The notes under the pieces are model-generated. The model saw only the letters and a program-made list of their open reading frames with translations, was not told where the DNA came from and ran no database searches. DNA of 64,000 nt, taken from Octopus vulgaris (lineage: Eukaryota). How positions within the stretch are numbered: position 1 is the first letter of the stretch; every line of letters begins with the position of its first letter. The stretch is taken from assembly GCA_951406725.2 (NCBI GenBank), contig OX597832.1:38936001-39000000 (forward strand), in the 5' to 3' direction. The position numbers were made by a program, and so were the translations under genes. Shown in pieces: positions 60,570-64,000 of this stretch.

Positions 60570-60585
60570 GTTATTGTTATTGTTA

Positions 60586-60684
<99 letters not shown>

Positions 60685-60689
60685 TTATT

Positions 60690-62200
60690 CAGTAGTCTTA
60701 TTTTCATCACGTGCTTTCACTTCACTACAGCGCAGCTCTATGTGCTTGGGATATTTGCTGTGGTCTGTTTTGGTGCCGATATTTTCACTGTACCGAAAGT
60801 GCTGTTAGGTTATAGCTTGTGGTGCCTTGCAGTGCTATTTCCTGTATCTTATATACATTCGTAAGTCCTGACGTTTTGGTTATATATTTGTCTGAATGTT
60901 TTTAATCATACCTAATGCACTTATTATAGGGACTCCACATTCGGGTTATCTCTATTTCAAGATCTTTGCATTTTGAAAGCTTCTCTGTTTCTTTTAGAGA
61001 TACATTATCTTCTGTTGGGATTGATACATTGTATAGAAGACTTTATTCCTGATGATCTGTGACAACTATACCCGGTCTATTAGCTTTTTATTTCTCTATT
61101 ATTAATAATATAACAACAACCTTAAGAATGAAAACCCACGTTCGAAATTTTCCCAAGACACCTGATGAAACGTTGTGTGAACAACAAACAAGATGAGGAC
61201 AAATGTCCGTCAAATGTAAATAATGTACATAAATCCTCATCTCTTAAATATAGAACTGCAATATCTTGCAGTATATATTGCTTCTTAACCAGGACTGGGG
61301 AACAAGAGACAATGGGATTTATTGTTTCTTCCCCATCGCTACATATTCTGCAGTAATTTATTGTATTTTTTTTTCATTATGTATCTTTGGTCGTTTCAGG
61401 TGAGGTGGCTTTGATTTTTTGCCGCAATTAAGAAACCCTCAGTTTGTGCTTTGAGTCCTGAGCTTTTCAACCAGTTTTAGTTTGTCTACTAATTTTCTGT
61501 TTAGCTTATTGCAGCATTTAGCATGTAGAGATTTTTCTGGCCATTTTTTTTTATCATGCTATTTTGTAGTTCCAGATTCAGGTTAGATTTTTGTTGCTTC
61601 ACATCTTTTGGTGCTTTTTCTTTTCCTGCATATTTTTAAGTACTCTGAGTTCTTTCTTTGAAGTAAAAAGACAGATTTATTTCTTGTTTGCTTGTGTTTT
61701 GAGGCTGTCTGCACTGGTTTTCCTTATTTCTGTATTCGATGTTTTTGTAATCCTACGATGCATATTTTATATCAATTTTCAAGTTGAATACAGCTTCTAA
61801 CACCTTCAATTAGTTGTATATGTAACCTTTACATATCAGATTTCCGTTGTGGGTATTCTAAATTCTGTCATAATATTTCTTCTTTTCCCGTCTAGTTTGG
61901 TTAGTTCATTTAGTGTTCAATTAAGAATATTGCTACTGTAACTTAGAACTGGAACAGCAAGAGGTTGATAACTATCATCTTGAGCTACGCTTTAAGTGTT
62001 AATCGAACTCGTATGTAAGATTCCGCCTTTATTTTCTCTTTCACATGTGCGTGTCGTACCGTATCTAGATTATTTCATTTTCTTTATGTACTGTGATGAA
62101 AAGTTTGGTTTGGCACATTTTTCGCAGCCGAAATTCGTATTTATTTCTTTGGTAAGTTCATGTGCCATGTATACATTGTGTTATAAATTACACCTTGTAA
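60690..62200 (-). mobile_element. Older, heavily decayed R4/Dong-like LINE
   Basis: Minus-strand remnants resemble NRP-IVV, KLSK-KDLEIEI and IISALGMI. Begins at a (TAA)n tract and is interrupted by the 61115-61258 insert. Confidence 0.55.
61115..61258 (+). mobile_element. Penelope-like repeat with collapsed hammerhead
   Basis: ACAC-CTGATGAAACGTT-GTGT at 61158-61178: stem I and both core boxes are present, stem II is absent. Confidence 0.5.
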
Positions 62201-62877
62201 ATATTGAGTTAAAACCACCTTTAGCTAGAAAATACCGGAGACTGCCCAAAAGGGTTTTTGAACCCTATATCTACATGTTATTTTTGTAGCGCTTCGAGAC
62301 CCACTTCTCAAATACAAAAACATTTCACGTTCTCTAGAGATTCTTATGATGTCATATATATATTTATATATATATATATATACGTGTATATTCACATATA
62401 TACACATAAATACATAGATACATGCATATGTATGTATAAATACATATATATATATGTATGTATGTATGTAATTGATATGCATACATATACACATGCAAAC
62501 ATACATGATGCATTTGGGTGCAGAAATATGAAAATTACCAGTAATGAACGCATTCAACAGGAATTGGTTTAATCAGGCGCAGCTAATGATTCACTCCATC
62601 CCTACTACAGGTTTCTATGATGGCATATTTACATTCGGTCTGTCTGTTTGTCGCCCACCACTCGCCAAAGTTTTAATGTACAGACACACATACATACATA
62701 TACATGTATGTTTGTACATGTGTATGTGTTTATGCCTGTACGTGTATGTATATGGCTGTGGTTCTGTGAATGTGTGTGCATGTCTGTGTATGTTATTTGA
62801 CATGCTAACATATACACCTACGCCTATAGGTATGCTTATATATGCTAATATACCTTTATGTGTGTGTGTGTATGTGT

Positions 62878-62946
<69 letters not shown>

Positions 62947-63486
62947 TGTGTATGTGTGTCTGTGTGTGTGTGTGTGTGTTTAAACTCAGACGCATGCAAA
63001 CACGCACGAATACAAGGAAAAATAGAAGAAAAAAAGCGAAATTTTGACAGAAATTTCTAAATGTTGATGTTATGTAATTAGATTTGAGTAAATTTATATA
63101 TTTTAGACATATAAGCCATTTGTGTTCTTTCTTTTCGTCTCGTTGATATTTCTGTGGACCTAATGATCAAAATAAACACCAATACTGACGTCACTCGTCC
63201 TAATCACATTCCTATTACTCAACTTACTCTGTACTAACTATATTTTAGGCTATGGTTACACTGTTTTTTTTTTGTTAGTCTTGTTATGGCGATGATGATA
63301 GTGATGATACTGTAGCTTACTTTCTAGCACGTATGTATGTATGTGTGTGTGTGTGTTGTGTGTGTGTGTGTGTGTATGTGTGAGTGTGTGTGTGTGAGTG
63401 TGTATGTGTGTGTGTGTGAGTGTGTGTGCGTTTGTGTTTGTGTGTGTCTGTGTGTGTGAGAGAGAGAGAGAGAGAGTGTGTGTGTG

Positions 63487-63517
<31 letters not shown>

Positions 63518-63539
63518 ATGTGTGTGTGTGTACGTGTGT

Positions 63540-63574
<35 letters not shown>

Positions 63575-64000
63575 TTTCTGGTTGTTCCTTTTGACTTTTT
63601 TAATGGCTGATTTTATTCTTTCGTTTTCTAATATTTACAAAATAAAGTTTTTCTTGTTTTATTTTTTTAAAAGTAGATAACTTTATTTATATAGAAATAT
63701 ATTTTATTTTTTCAAACGTAAATAAACGCGTGGTGAAAGACTTATAATTATATTGCCTTGTCTTCAATGAGGTTTTGGAGAAAGAAGAAAAAATAAAAGA
63801 GAAGAAAAATATTTTAAAAGATGGCGTTATTAAATTATGCAGTCGTATGTTATGGGCGTGAATTGAAGGAGCATCAACTTATTAGAAACAGCAGCCAAGT
63901 CTCCTTCAACCTGAATTACACTGTTATAAACAAAGAATGGCCCGTTCGATAATATAGTCTTGAACTGCTCGCAAAAAAGACTGGATGTTCATGGTTGGTA

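Overview
AT-rich eukaryotic DNA saturated with microsatellites. The repeat families look like those of Octopus, which is my inference from recognising them, not a database result. Nearly all long ORFs in the track are artefacts of (TA)n, (CA)n, (TAA)n, (GATA)n and (TACA)n repeats. The real coding signal is three small minus-strand exons missing from the ORF track (59457-59224, 50251-50109, ~22522-22429). They splice in compatible phases into an EGF-repeat protein of Notch/Crumbs/Eyes-shut type, so most of the window is giant intron. The introns hold tRNA-derived SINEs, R4/Dong-like, Tx1-like and RTE-like LINE fragments, mariner/Tc1 remnants, a MITE with an 8-bp target-site duplication (TSD), and a Penelope GIY-YIG remnant. 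The most striking signal is a dense set of hammerhead ribozyme (HHR) motifs. There are five complete type I folds, two minimal ones and several decayed ones, from at least five unrelated non-coding families inserted in (TA)n tracts. Two families form foldbacks with a ribozyme on each strand, consistent with Penelope-dependent retrozyme-like elements. The third EGF exon has lost its first two cysteines over a segment shared with a decayed duplicate 2 kb away. Coordinates were read by hand, so repeat boundaries are approximate.
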